From NCBI RefSeq assembly GCF_009914755.1, contig NC_060939.1: a DNA stretch of 64,000 nt, one strand, 5' to 3'. The notes under the pieces are model-generated. The model had not been told where the DNA came from, ran no database searches, and saw nothing but the letters and a program-made list of their open reading frames with translations. The stretch is from the human T2T-CHM13v2.0 reference genome, Homo sapiens. How positions within the stretch are numbered: the stretch's first letter is position 1; every line of letters begins with the position of its first letter. Below are positions 1-13,630 of the stretch, piece after piece. The position numbers and the translations under genes are program-made.

Positions 1-70
1 TTTATTTTTATTATACTCTAAGTTTTAGGGTGCATGTGCACAACGTGCAGGTTTGTTACATATGTATACA
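1..70 (-). mobile_element. L1PA 3'-end fragment
   Basis: ttattatactctaagttttagggtgcatgtgcacaacgtgcaggtttgttacatatgtataca matches the young L1 3' terminus in antisense. Confidence 0.9.
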
Positions 71-114
71 GACAATTATTTTTAAAAATTAAAAATCAGA
101 CACTTGACCTCATC

Positions 115-289
115 TAGGGGTTGGCAGACTTTTTCTGTAAAGAGCCAGATTTTAGGCTTTCCAGGCCATGGAGTCTTTTGTAGCTAGTTCACTCTGCCGT
201 CATAGTACATAAATGAATGGACATGCCTATGTTCCAGTAAAGCTTTATTTACAAAACCAAGCAGTCTGGCCATGGTTTCTTGACCCCTG
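115..289. mobile_element. MER58A-like hAT-Charlie MITE
   Basis: Ends taggggttggcagac...ttgacccctg; internal tttctgtaaagagccagat and ctttatttacaaaa. Confidence 0.7.
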
Positions 290-766
290 ACTTAAATGTA
301 TATATAATTATTGTAATTTTTAAAAAACCTGAGTTTTCAAGAAAAGCCATGTCTGGTGACCCCAGCCTCACATTGTCCCACAGAGAGAATTGGCTGAGCT
401 GGGTAGCTGCCACTATTGACAGAGCTTGTGTTGTCTAGATCGCCACAGCCCCAGCCTCCTCATTCATCTGTGGGCCTATGCGAGTTCCACCTGGGGTGGA
501 AGAAAACACATTTGATGAAGCTAAAGTAATAAATTTGGATTGGTGCAGCCAAAATCACAAACGTTTGAGGTCAGATGTTAACATCTGGATGTTGTCTGCT
601 TGGCTGGACTCCTCCAGACTCTTCTGCATTGTTTTTTATTATTGTAAATAGAATTCTAAGCCCATTGTCCAATGTGAGGGTTCCCTACCCTTCTGCCATG
701 GCGCCCAGCAGGGACACTGGTAAGGGAAGAGCATGGCCCTCATTCCTGCCTCCCCTGACCCTGCAG

Positions 767-994
767 GTGTTGGTGGGAAGAAGGGATCGGTGGAGAAGTG
801 CCCGCTGTGCAAGGGGCGGGGGATGCAGATCCACATCCAGCAGATCGGGCCGGGCATGGTACAGCAGATCCAGACCGTGTGCATCGAGTGCAAGGGCCAG
901 GGTGAGCGCATCAACCCCAAGGACCGCTGCGAGAGCTGCAGCGGGGCCAAGGTGATCCGTGAGAAGAAGATTATCGAGGTACATGTTGAAAAAG
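767..994 (+). CDS. DNAJA4: DNAJA4 internal coding exon (zinc-finger CxxCxGxG region), 228 nt
   Basis: Flanked by ctgcag|GT and AAAG|gtgagg. Translates [20 protein letters not shown]...CIECKGQGE...[22 protein letters not shown], the type I Hsp40 Zn-finger repeats. Confidence 0.97.
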
Positions 995-2067
995 GTGAGG
1001 CTGCGCAGAGCTGGTGCTCCACACGGGCTGGAAATGCTGTCTGGGTGCTAATCGTGAGATACACAGACTAGATGTCAGGGAAGTGAGCTGTATCACAACA
1101 TGTATTGGGTGTGCCATGAATTCCTCTTGTTTCCCAGTCTTCTCTTCACCCTTCCTGGCCTTATTTCCATTCCATGTCACCTGCCAAAGTGTTCTTGCTG
1201 AGGTTTACTTCCTTGAGATCACAGACAGCCTCTTTATGAGGTTTTCTAACGCTCTGAAAGTCTTACCTGGCCTTGGTTTGGGTTAGTTGCCATCTCCTGA
1301 CATTCTCAAGCCATTCCTCTAGAATCTTTCGGAGTGTCTTCCTGGTCGCTTCTGATGCTCATTGGCCATAAGGGCTTGTGTAAGTGTTTGTGGCTGCATG
1401 TTCCCTTTCTCCACATTTCCCCATGTGCTGCATCAGATTCCCCCAAATACAGCACCTTCTCCTGCTATTCATTTTGCCTGATGCCATCATTTTAAGGCCT
1501 TTTTCCATTTTAGCTGTCCTCCAAGTATTCCGATGATTCTGTGGCTTTCCAATCCAGTAAATATATCCTAGATCAGAGATGAGACCAAAAGTAAAAGAAT
1601 CAACAGCCAAACCGACACAGGTGTTATTAAAGGACTTACTGTTTAAACATGCCTAAACCCTGTGCCTTGAGTGTGCAAGCTGACTTATTAGAAAAGGACA
1701 GGGCTGGCTGACCTGTCCCTATCAGTCCCAAGTCATGCACCCTGTGCCCCGGGAAGTGGGCGGTGACCCTATGCTGGTGGTGTGGCATCACAGGCCCGGG
1801 GCAGGGAGTGCTGTGTAAACCTGGGATGTAGAGCCGCATTCCCCCACTCCCTGTGCATGCTGGGCTTGGCCCCACATTATGCCAAGGGAAGCGGGACCTC
1901 TTTTGTCATTGGCCATCCTAGCCACCCCTCCCTGCCTTGTGCCTGCATGAGGTTGGGAGACTTGATGAATAAAGAATCCCTGAAGGACTCTGTTCCTTCT
2001 TCAAAAGCTTTAAGGAAGCATGGTTTGTATGAGAAATGGCTAATCAGAAAGGGATGATGTTTCATAG

Positions 2068-2298
2068 GTATGAAAGATGGGCAAAAGATACTATTTCATG
2101 GAGAAGGAGATCAGGAGCCTGAGCTGGAGCCTGGTGATGTCATAATTGTGCTTGATCAGAAGGATCATAGTGTCTTTCAGAGACGAGGCCATGACTTGAT
2201 CATGAAAATGAAAATTCAGCTTTCTGAAGCTCTTTGTGGCTTCAAGAAGACGATAAAAACATTGGACAATCGAATTCTTGTTATTACATCCAAAGCAG
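2068..2298 (+). CDS. DNAJA4: DNAJA4 coding exon (C-terminal peptide-binding domain), 231 nt
   Basis: ttcatag|GT ATG AAA ... GCA G|gtaatg. Translates [34 protein letters not shown]...ILVITSKA; phase matches both neighbours. Confidence 0.97.
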
Positions 2299-2369
2299 GT
2301 AATGTTTCAAAGTGTGTTTCCATTGATGTTCTGTATGTTTGGCATAATAATTCTGGCAAGTTAGCCTGA

Positions 2370-2510
2370 TTTTTTTATTGCTACATAATATTTTACATAT
2401 TGATGGGGTGCATGTGATACTTTGTCCCTTGCATAAAATGGGTAATGATCAAGCCACGTGTTTAGGGCATCTGTCGCCTTGAGTATTTATTTCTTTGTGT
2501 TGGGAATAGT
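2370..2510 (-). mobile_element. Old L1 (L1MA-like) 3' fragment
   Basis: catattgatggggtgcatgtgata...taatgatcaa...ttctttgtgttgggaa. Confidence 0.6.
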
Positions 2511-3764
2511 TCCCCTGATTTCACATTTAAGGTCAAATTCTGTTACACAAATTAGTATGATGTGATTTTCTCTAAATTTAAAACTGTCCCTAATAACTCT
2601 GGATAATTTATAAAGTTCTTGTATATTCTCCTAGAAAAAATATTCAGTTGGGGGGAAAGTCTCAAATAAGAATCTTGGGGCTCTGAATTTTAGATGAATT
2701 CTGGCAATTAAACTTAAGTTTTTAAAAATTTATTTTTGTATAAGAAAACAGCTTAATAGGTGGTGTTTTTCTATCAAGTGGTGATTTGTGCTGATTCATC
2801 CACATGTTCCTGTAGCCTCTGTTGTTCATTACATGAGTTACATTTTAAAATAGAATTTTCCTGTAAGAAAGACTTTGCCTATCAGTTTATCCTTGGAGGT
2901 TTCCACAGGAATTGCTGGTCTGCACACACCCATGGGAGCCAGAGGGAGATGCCTCTAGGCCGAAAGGGTTCCTGAGGCCTGAGCTCAGCCCCCAACCCCC
3001 CTGTAGACACCAGGGCACTCATCTCCCAGGAGGGTTGGTGTGTTCACTGTAGTTGAGGGTTTGTGTGGGCACCAGAGCACCTGCCTAGAAGGGGCTGAGA
3101 AGGGAGAGAGGCCAGGCCAGGGACCTTGACTTGAAGCTGCTTCTGAATAGCACTAAGGTCAGCTGTGCATAGCAAAGAATGTCTGGATGGGTGTGGTGGC
3201 GGCTACGCCACCGAAGCAGCCTGGGCCCCAGCACCAGCCATTTGCAGTGTTGCTGTAGTCCCCTCACTGGCCGTGGGGCTGGGATTACCTTTTTCTATGG
3301 CCATTTGAGGTTTGGTGCAAAAGGGGTAGGTTCAGGGCAGGCAGGGAGGTAACCACCAATAAGCCTGCCCCCAGGGCAGTGGCAGCTGGAGATAAGACTC
3401 AAGTCTGGTGGGGTGACTGAGGCCTGGACTTCTGTTCCCTCCGTGTCCCTCTCCCCCTTCCCCTCCTTGTCTGCTTTTCTCTTCCCAGCCTTGTGCTCTT
3501 TTTCTCTTTCCTCTCTTGGATTCTTTCAGGTTCCTCCTTTCCTGGGGATAGTAGGAAGCAGAATTATATATCCAAGCCTTGATCGGTTTGTGGAGTTTTA
3601 AAATAAACTTATTTGGAAACAATTTCAAGCTTACAAGAAGTTGTAAATATAAAAATAGTCCGAGGCCCATCCATATATGATTTGTCTGATGTTAACATTT
3701 TACCCCATTTGGTTTGTCATTTGATCTGTGTCTGTTTTTATTTATTTTTAAAATTTGTTCATTT

Positions 3765-3937
3765 ATTTTTTGAGACAGGGGTCTTGCTCTGTCGCCCAGG
3801 CTGGAGTGCAGTGGCGTGATCTCAGCTCGCTGTAACCTCCACCTCAGCCTCCCGAGTAGCTGGGACAGCCACATGCCACCACGCCCATCTAATGTTTGTA
3901 CTTTTTGTAGAGACGGGGTTTCGCCATGTTGCCCAGA
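3765..3937 (-). mobile_element. Partial Alu
   Basis: tttgagacaggggtcttgctctgtcgcccaggctggagtgcagtgg... Confidence 0.9.
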
Positions 3938-4898
3938 CTTGTGTGTGTTTTTATACATATACTTAATCCAGGATTGGGGGAAGCACTGCAGTATAATGCA
4001 AAATTTGCATGAAAATTTAAAATAAAACACCTTCCCTTAGGCTTCCATAGACCTCCCAAGGCACCCATTTCCTCCCTCAAGGAGGAGTTTGAGGATCACA
4101 GTTTACACGAAGCTCCAGACCACTGGTTGTGAGCTCAACACCCTGGCATTGTGTCCAAGATGCCCTTACGTGGTCACAGCCCAGATCCTAGCCCTCCTGA
4201 GCCGGGGCTGGGAAGCATCTGTGTGTAACTTCTTTGGGAAAGCCTGTCCTGTCCAGGGGTGGACTATTTGAGGTCCTGGGCCCCACCAAGAGCCAGCGTT
4301 CCTTGCTGTCTCAGCTGACCCCAGCCTAGGGAGCCGGGAGCCAAATGGAGTGAGGGTGGTGGAGAAAGAGCCCCAGAGGGAAGGAAGTGGCAAATCCCAA
4401 GAAATCCATTTCCTTCTTTATTATAAGGAAGGGTGGAGCATCCAGGAAACCTGCCGTTGGAGAGTTCTTTGGGGATTTGTTTGTCCTTTTTGTTTTGTTT
4501 TTGTTTTTACTTTGTTCTCTTTTGCACCCTCTCTTTTCTTCACCCCTCTTTTGTGTTGGCTTATTTCTTGTTTCTCCATTTTCTCTTCTCCCTCTTCTTC
4601 CTCTTTTCTGCTGTTGAAATGCCTTCTTCCCCAGAGCCTTTTAGCCTGTTATGAGCATTGCTGAGGATTGGATTAATTAAAAAAGTGATTTTGGAGCCAC
4701 ACAAGGGTGTGATGGCCCTGCCTGCAGGCAGGTATTTACCTGCCGGGAGAGCCTAACTCGTGGTCTTCTTCTCTTACCTGTAGTTTTCCATGCTTGGTCA
4801 GTTTCCCAGCTCCCAGCAAGCTAGAAGCAGAAGCATGGGGAGTAGGGCTTGAGAGCAGCAAGAAGCGACACCTGATAGGAATGGGGAGACAGAAAAAC

Positions 4899-5538
<640 letters not shown>

Positions 5539-6616
5539 CATGACTGTATTTCAAAAAAAAAAGAATAAACAGGAACACAAAAAGCCAGCAGCCTGGAGCA
5601 GTTTAGCTAAGGGGTTGCTGTCCTGCACAGTCAGTAGGCTCTGAAGGCCATGTCTGAACCACAGCCCTGCCTGCGAATGAATCTCAAGGATAGTCATTGG
5701 CTTACTTTATTTTTAAAACCTCCTCTTTAAAGATTTCCTCTTGAAGAGACAGCTCACTTTCTACATAGTCCCGTATGGAAGTGGACTGCTGAAGAAATTA
5801 GTGTTTCCATTCCCCTCCACCGTCTCCCCCATTTTTTCCGAACATTTCTTTCTGTCTTTGTCCATTTTCATCGCTGAGCTGAAGAGCATGCTTTATCAGA
5901 AACCCTTTTGTCCCTTTCCTTTTCCATGCTTAGAGGGAAGTTTCTGACTTGGGAGAACGCCTTAGAGTTCTTGGGGTCTGAACTCCTCTGATGCCTTCCA
6001 AAGTCACGTAGCTGTAAGACCCAGCGGGTGCCAGCCGGGAGGGTGACTCCAGCTCAGCAGCATGTATGGAAGTGCATTGTGACCATGAAGGAGTCTGCCA
6101 GTGGCCAAGCCACCTAGTGAGCTCCCTACCAAGGAACCTGGGTGTCACCTGCAGGTGGCCAAGAGCCAGTTTTTATGCCAGGCAGGGGACTGGTTGGACT
6201 CTATTGAGGCTTCTTCCTGTCTGTGGGGAGCACTCCTGTCCCCCTCGTGGTAGGGATACCTGTCACCCCACAAAGAGGCAGGGTGACAGGTGTTGGCCCC
6301 ATTTTAGGCAGACTTGGGTGTCATGACTTCTAGTTCACTTGTTTTAAACCTACCTGTGATGGCAGCTGCACCATGCTGCCCTCTTGACACACTGCTGGAG
6401 CCCAGAGCACAGGCCAGAGTCTCAGCCTGAGCCCCTTCCCCAGGCAGTACCTGACAAGGATACCTGGGATTGGGGCCAGCTTTCCAGTCAGATGCCACGT
6501 TTCCTTTGCCCACTGCCACGGGGCACTAGGGCCTGCCGCAGGCTCTCCCATGAGGGAGAACGACCTCTGCAGGCCCCTCTGCCTTCCTGCTTCCTAATTG
6601 ACCCTTTCTCTGGCAG

Positions 6617-6717
6617 GTGAGGTGATAAAGCACGGGGACCTGAGATGCGTGCGCGATGAAGGAATGCCCATCTACAAAGCACCCCTGGAAAAAGGGATTC
6701 TGATCATACAGTTTTTA
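6617..6717 (+). CDS. DNAJA4: DNAJA4 penultimate coding exon, 101 nt
   Basis: tggcag|GT GAG GTG ... TTT TTA|gtaagt. Translates GEVIKHGDLRCVRDEGMPIYKAPLEKGILIIQFL. Confidence 0.96.
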
Positions 6718-6816
6718 GTAAGTTCACTATGTTTCATTGTCATGGACATATTATTAAATGCCTTAATTGGAAGGGGAAAAAACAGCCACCTTTCTTTCCC
6801 ACCTCACCCTTTACAG

Positions 6817-7032
6817 GTAATCTTTCCTGAAAAACACTGGCTTTCTCTGGAAAAGCTTCCTCAGCTGGAAGCTTTACTCCCTCCTCGACAGAAAGTGAGG
6901 ATTACAGATGACATGGATCAGGTGGAGCTGAAGGAGTTTTGTCCCAATGAGCAGAACTGGCGTCAGCACAGGGAGGCCTACGAGGAGGACGAAGACGGGC
7001 CCCAGGCTGGAGTGCAGTGCCAGACGGCATGA
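6817..7032 (+). CDS. DNAJA4: DNAJA4 last coding exon, ending in CaaX farnesylation motif CQTA*
   Basis: ttacag|GTA ATC TTT CCT ... GTG CAG TGC CAG ACG GCA TGA. Translates VIFPEKHWL...GPQAGVQCQTA, the DNAJA-family C-terminus. Confidence 0.97.
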   Translation, partial: VIFPEKHWLSLEKLPQLEALLPPRQKVRITDDMDQVELKEFCPNEQNWRQHREAYEEDEDGPQAGVQCQTA

Positions 7033-7540
7033 CGTGGTGCGGGGCAGCGTGGCCCCACCGGACTAGCACATGATGAATGTAAAGTTGGCACAATGAAAAT
7101 GACATCGCTTTAATGGCCTTGTGTTTGGGATGTCCTGTGTATGTGTTCAGCATTCTTAATTGCTGAGTGTCTTTTTGGCTTTTCTTTTGGTTGTAACTTA
7201 AGTTATAGCTTAATTTATATTTAAATGTTTTAAGTATAAATCACCTCTAGTCTGCATATGGAATCTGTTCATTTCTATTTTCAGGATATACTTTTGAGAT
7301 GTCAGTGATTGCACCAACACTTTGTGCTTCTAGTGGCTTTGCCATAATTCAGTGTCACCAATAAGGCACAGCCCAGTTAGCAGCTTAGCCCCCCTAGCAA
7401 ACCCCAAGGCACAAAGTGGGCATCCTGACTCATCTCTAGGTCTGTGGTTTCTCCCCTCTTCCCTTGGCAGAGTTATTGAGGGCATGATCTCAGGGCTGCT
7501 AAGATAACATTTCTGAGGATTCTAGATGATCCTCTTAAAG

Positions 7541-7546
7541 AATAAA
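7541..7546 (+). terminator. Candidate proximal poly(A) signal AATAAA of DNAJA4
   Basis: Canonical hexamer about 510 nt after the stop codon. Confidence 0.45.
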
Positions 7547-8740
7547 AGCACATCCGTGGATCGGACATGGCTGCATGTGCCTGCTTAACAGGGCCAACTT
7601 AGTTCCTACTGTTCTGTGCCCTTCAGTGGATGGAACGTGAGTGTCTGATCATCTCTCTTGGAAGTTTTCTGAACCTTCCAAGCTCTGTGGTGAGGACAAA
7701 CCAGTGTTTGAATCATATGCTGATAACTGTTTGCCTGTGACCCTCACACCTTGTTCTTCAGGGTTTTAATGATTTTCTGTTGACAACTTTTGCAATGCTT
7801 TCCCACCAAAGTGCTTACTTGTAAAGAAAACTAAATCCTTCTGTGTCCCCGGCAGCCTCAGTGCAGCAACAGAAGCCAAGGGAGAATGCTGCTGGTTTGG
7901 CCCATGGCACAGCCAGCTTCTCTGACCAGTAATCCGGGGTGACTTGAGGGTCTGCAAAGGCATAGAACTCCCCAGTGTTTTCCACCTCATTCTCCCAGAT
8001 TGAGCTCCCTTCCAAAGGATCGTTCCTCTCATTGCACAGCCATATTACAAAGGGTTTCCTGCTCAAGTGATGTTTTGGTAAGAACTTCGCTGAGTTCCAC
8101 TGTGGATTACAGTTTGTATGGACTACTACTGTAAATTATAGCTTGTTTGGAGGGATATTAGTCATTATTTTATTCATGACAGGTAGACTACAATTCGAAC
8201 TTAGGGTTACCTCAGTCTTTAGCCATTACTGCTTATTTCTTTTCCCCAAGTCACAAAAAACTTGTAAGCTGCTGGGTTAAAGCAGAGGCCACCTGTCAGA
8301 TCTACCCTACCCTTATTTGGTTACATGGCACCTGAGAGTTTCACTCAGACCAGGGATCTTCCTTAGGAGGGTCAAAGTGCAGATCAGACCATGCAGGTAA
8401 GGTGAACCAGCTGCACGGACCAGGTTCCCGCAAAACATTGCCAGCTAGTGAGGCATAATTTGCTCAAAGTATAGAAACAGCCCACCTGTGCCCACTTTGA
8501 CCATTGGTGAGGATAGATATAAAATCACTTCTTCCAACGAAGCCTAGGTGAAAATCTATTTATAAATGGACCACAACTCTGGGGTGTCGTTTTTGTGCTG
8601 TGACTTCCTAATTATTGCTAAAGAACTACTGTTTAGTTGGTAATGGTGTAAAATTACATTCAGCTCCTTCTTGTCATATAAAAGGAATTTGGAGGGTGTC
8701 GCTTAAAATTTTATTCCACCTGTACATTTGTCACTTTAAA

Positions 8741-8746
8741 ATTAAA
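8741..8746 (+). terminator. Distal poly(A) signal ATTAAA of DNAJA4
   Basis: Upstream TGTA element at 8721 and downstream gtggctttgctttttccttttttt. Confidence 0.7.
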
Positions 8747-9822
8747 ATTGAGCTGGTATGAGAGATAAGTGGCTTTGCTTTTTCCTTTTTTTGAGAGCTC
8801 ACATAAACAGTGTTAGGTGCCTGCCAGCTTGCCTCTCATTGGTTGACATAATGGAATGAAGTTTCCACCCTCATGGAGCTTTATTTTGGGGGTGGGGGTG
8901 AATGCAAACAAAAAGTGGTAACTGCTATGAAGAACAAGAGGAATGGGAATGAGTAGAAGGGAATGGGAAGAAGGCCTCTACCAGGAGCTGGCATCTGGGC
9001 AGAATCCTGGATGCAGTTGGGGAGCAGATGTCCGAAGGTCTGGAGGGAAAACATTCCAGGCAGAGGAATGGCAAGGATGATGTGGTTACAGGAGGGTGAG
9101 CAAGGCAAGCAGGAGGGAGAAGTGGGGGGCTATGATAAAGAGTGTGAGCTTTATTCTGAGGGCAGTGAGTGGTTTGAGGAAAAGCACATGACCTGACTCA
9201 TAAGCATATGAAGTAATGATCAATAAAAAACACGCTTCCAAGTGTTCAGCTACTTACATCTTTCTCATTAACATGAGTCTCAAGGGGGCTGATGAAGAGG
9301 AAACTCTGAGGTACAGATACTCTGAAATAACTAAGGCAGGGCTACAGTTCTACAGCATGAGGCACAGGCTTGAGCCTAGGCATTGTTAAGGCAGCAAGAA
9401 TAGCAGCCTGCCTTCCGATACCCACCTAGCGAGTTAGAGACCTCTCTGAAATTAATAAGGGGAAGGAGGGCTTGGCAGGGGACATCTTTAATACATCAAG
9501 TGGAAGGATGCCCAGATAGACAGGAGTACATAATGTTCCTATGCAGTCAAATATACTCTTTCCTTCAGGACTCCATTCTAAAATAGATTAGCTTCTTTAT
9601 CACAGCTCCGGGGAGCTCGCTGCTGTATCTCACTGCATAAGTCAACTCCCTGGAAGAGTCAGCCTGTATTTCTAAGCTGGAAAGTTAAAGAAATACCTGG
9701 ATCTCTTGATGGCTAAGGCAGAGATTTGCTCTTAATGCCAATCCCTCTCACTGTTTCACTGGTAATAGGGTAACTGAAAAAAGAAGCATGTTCAAGGACA
9801 CCAGTGTTTGCATTAAGAAAGC

Positions 9823-9828
9823 TTTATG
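9823..9828 (-). terminator. Variant poly(A) signal CATAAA of WDR61
   Basis: Plus-strand tttatg. It is the most plausible hexamer ~180 nt after the WDR61 stop, followed on the minus strand by TGTT/GT-rich and T-rich sequence. Confidence 0.55.
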
Positions 9829-10003
9829 TTAAAGTATGAACAGCATTTCCAATAAAACATGAAAAGATTCATATTGTATCTACAAAATTTAAGTCTTTGC
9901 TACAATAAATGCTATATTTCTTTTAAACAAGCCTAAGAAGGTAAGGAATGTCATGATCAATCCGTACATTCTCTTTGCAGCATAAGCCTGGAGACTTTGA
10001 TGT

Positions 10004-10117
<114 letters not shown>

Positions 10118-11079
10118 CTACAAATGCCTTTATTCTTTATAATATTTATGAAATGAACATCCTTATTTTCTCGTTATTCTGAATCTACCAAAACTGAGAT
10201 GAGGATGTTCTTGTACTTTCTAAATCAGTGAGAATGGAGGCTTTAACCGAGCACCTTCCATTATTGCTATTTAATTAGAATTCCTGCCCCTTCCCATACT
10301 CCAAAAAAAAAAAAAAAAATCATTTTTAAATACAGTACTAATCAAGACTATCTACAACCCTTTCAAAGAGTCAGAATCCTGAAGTGTAACCTAATGCCAG
10401 GAAGACGGAAGCCATAAGAGACCAACATTTATGCTTCCAGGAAGAAAGAGCCCCACAACTACCCCGAGGTCACTGCCTATAGGGAAAGTCACAAACTGCG
10501 CTCCTCAGCTGACCCCTTGTGTCCGCCCCCCACAGTCAGTAATTCTCACTCTGTTATTAGTGGCCTATGGAGCCTGCCTGTCCCCAGGAGCTAGACAACA
10601 TGATATTGTGGACCATAGATTTTTATTTGCTATGTGTTAAATTAACTGATTCACACCTCCTTCCCAGACAGAATTGATGTGGTTGGAGTTTCTCTAATCA
10701 TAAATAACTTCCTGATTATTAGGAGGTGATTCTGGGTGGTAAGCCTGTCACCCTACTCTGATTTTAGTGTTGGGATTGGGCTGCATGATGGCCTTTCACT
10801 CCAGCCTCTGACACAGCACCGCAATGATCCATACATACAAGGAAACACAGCTAGCCAGGACTTACTCCCTGAGTAAGATGCTTAAATCCAGAAGTGGAAT
10901 ATCAAGATAGAACCCCCTCAATTTTGTTGGGACAATTTAAGTTGAAAAATAAGCATGAACAATGTTAGTTAACTTTAAGTTCCATTTCAAAGAGGAGAAA
11001 TCTATAGGACCATCTAAAAATATTTAAAATATATTAAAAGCCAATATTATATTGCCATGGACATTTTATTTTTTATGCT

Positions 11080-11255
11080 CAGTTCCCCAAGACCTTACAG
11101 TGTGGTTAGGACCAGCAGCCTTGGCCTCACCTGGAAGCCTGTTAGAAATGCAGAATCCCAGGCCCTCTGCCAGACCTAGTGAAGCAGCATCTGCATTTTC
11201 ACCAGGTTCCCAGGGGATACGAGCACACATGAAAGACTCAGCAGTATTGCACTAG
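11080..11255. mobile_element. MER5A-like element
   Basis: cacctggaagcctgttagaaatgcagaatcccaggccc...ctgcatttt. Confidence 0.65.
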
Positions 11256-11805
11256 AACACCTTTGCTATTTCACATATTCACCTTGGCAAAGATAAAGTT
11301 GCTTGTGAGAACAGTTTCCTTTTAAAGACTGAAAAGTTATCAATAACACTAAAGCCAAAAAACTTGTATGAATTTCCAGCTTCTACTATATTAAAAAAAA
11401 AAAAATCACATCTCTTCTTTGGACAGTCCCAAAAATGACAAGCGATGATTGTGTTTAAGCAATGGAATCTCCTGAAGAGGAAGGTCCTTGGTGAGCCTGC
11501 CATGGCGCAGCAGCCCCCAGGAGAGGGCCCCAGACACCAGCTGCAGCAATTTCCAAAGACGGCATTTAAAGGCTGTGGGGCTAACACCATGTTTTCCAGC
11601 CTATGTGGGGATATGCCTCGTGAGTTGCTAGGCTGACAGCACATCCCAGCCTCTGCACCCCAGACTCTGCACAGGAACTCTGGCTACATGGATGACTGAG
11701 CAGATAGAGCAGCTCAGGCCCAGGCATCTACTGGTATCCACAGCTCAAGCAACAAGGTCAGGAAAAGAAAATCTCTTTGGTACAATGGTCAAACAACCCC
11801 GACTA

Positions 11806-11916
<111 letters not shown>

Positions 11917-12587
11917 TTAAAAAGTGAACATTAGTATCGGTTTGAAGTTGGAAGGACTTCGACCAAAAATCCTTTGATGACTTACATTCTTCTAACTTCA
12001 GACCCCCCAACCCCATGCCTCGGTACAGGAAATGGCCAGGTATCAGCATCATTGGGTGGCTTTCTCTCCTCACAGGGTAGCCATTTTCCTGAAATTGTGA
12101 TCTGCCTGGCCCTCATATTAATTGTTCTCCAGGAGTCTCAGACACAGCTACCTATTTCCAGATGGGAGGGAGGCCTGTTAAAGCTTCAAAACCAAGGCTC
12201 GCAGGAGGCCTCTAAAGCACTGTGCAATGCCTTCAAGTTGTCCATCTCCTGCTTTCCAACTGTCTTGGCCATCCCAGGCCTGACCAACACTGGGATCTAT
12301 AAACAACATTTTACAAACATTTACATATTTTAAGTTACCATTGGAACACAAGTCTACCTTAGAGTCACTTTGGTAGAAGCCTCAATTTATAATGAAAAAA
12401 CTAAGAGTTTTACTGTTTAAAAGGATTACTTGTTGACTTTTGTTCCAGCTAAGGTCAACTAACATCACTAAATAAAAATTTTAAGAACTGCAGAAAAGAA
12501 AGGCTAACTGAATAAAAAAGGGTCAAACATCTTTAAATGTTAAGGCAATCTATACAAGAAGACTGCTCTCATCTCCCCAGCATTTTA

Positions 12588-12746
<159 letters not shown>

Positions 12747-13409
12747 CTACAGTATAATCACTGAAGTGGAAAGTATATTATTAACTCTGCCAATAAGCTG
12801 GACCAAATCTGCTATCCTTATAATGACCATGAATACTATATCAAAAATTCCTCTTTCAATGAAGTAGCTTCATGCATTAGAGACAAATTTTAATAGTAGC
12901 ATTAACCCATAATGTGTTGACACCACCAAAAGCCAAGAATAAAATCCTTCACAAGCAAAGAGCTGAAGCTCAAAATGAACAAAGAACCACACTACAGAGG
13001 CTTCGCAAGCCAACCCCTCAGATGAGGAAATTGAGAACCAACGGGGCAAGGAAGCCATCTGAGGAGAAGGGCAGGTTCAGACTCCTGCCTGCACCAGCAG
13101 CCTTTCCGTATGGGGCCAGTGCTCCCAGTCCAAGGAAAGTGTCAAGATGTATTCATTATGACAGATGCAGCTTGGAGAGACCAGTTTAAACCTAATCAAG
13201 AACAAGACAGGTCTAATTACAACAGCTATTTTCACTTTTTTAATAAAAATGAAACCCAACCACCTCTGGCAGGAGAACCACCATAAGACCTAACTGAGGT
13301 CAGCAATTTTACCCCTAAACACAGACCTCAGCAGAGTGGAGCAGACCTCAGTTAGGGGCTAGGGGGCAGGTGGGATACAGTGGGACCATGGGAGGGTAAA
13401 AAGTCCTGG

Positions 13410-13630
13410 GCCTTAGTAAAAAGATCAGTAGTTGATAGGGGCTCAAGGCAGGAGGAAGGGATGATTTGGTAGAGCAGGGGATTTTTAGGGCAGTGAAACT
13501 ATTCTGCGTGACACTGTAGTTAGGGGTGGCTACACATAATTTTGTCAAAACTCATAGAATGTACAACACAAAGAGTAAACCCTAATGTAAACTACAGACT
13601 TTAATTAATAATAATGCATCAATATTGGGT
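13410..13630 (+). mobile_element. Old L1 (L1MC/MD-like) 3' fragment
   Basis: ttttagggcagtgaaactattctg...catagaatgtacaacacaaagagtaaaccctaatgtaaacta. Confidence 0.7.

Larger units (their letters stand above)
7033..8768 (+). other. DNAJA4: DNAJA4 3' UTR (about 1.7 kb)
   Basis: AU-rich sequence with no recognisable repeats after the stop codon. Ends at ATTAAA 8741-8746 followed by a GT/T-rich downstream element at 8769-8792. Confidence 0.75.

Noticed and set aside
575-1064. Overlapping and antisense ORFs over the DNAJA4 zinc-finger exon
   Set aside because: Shadow frames of a GC3-rich exon.
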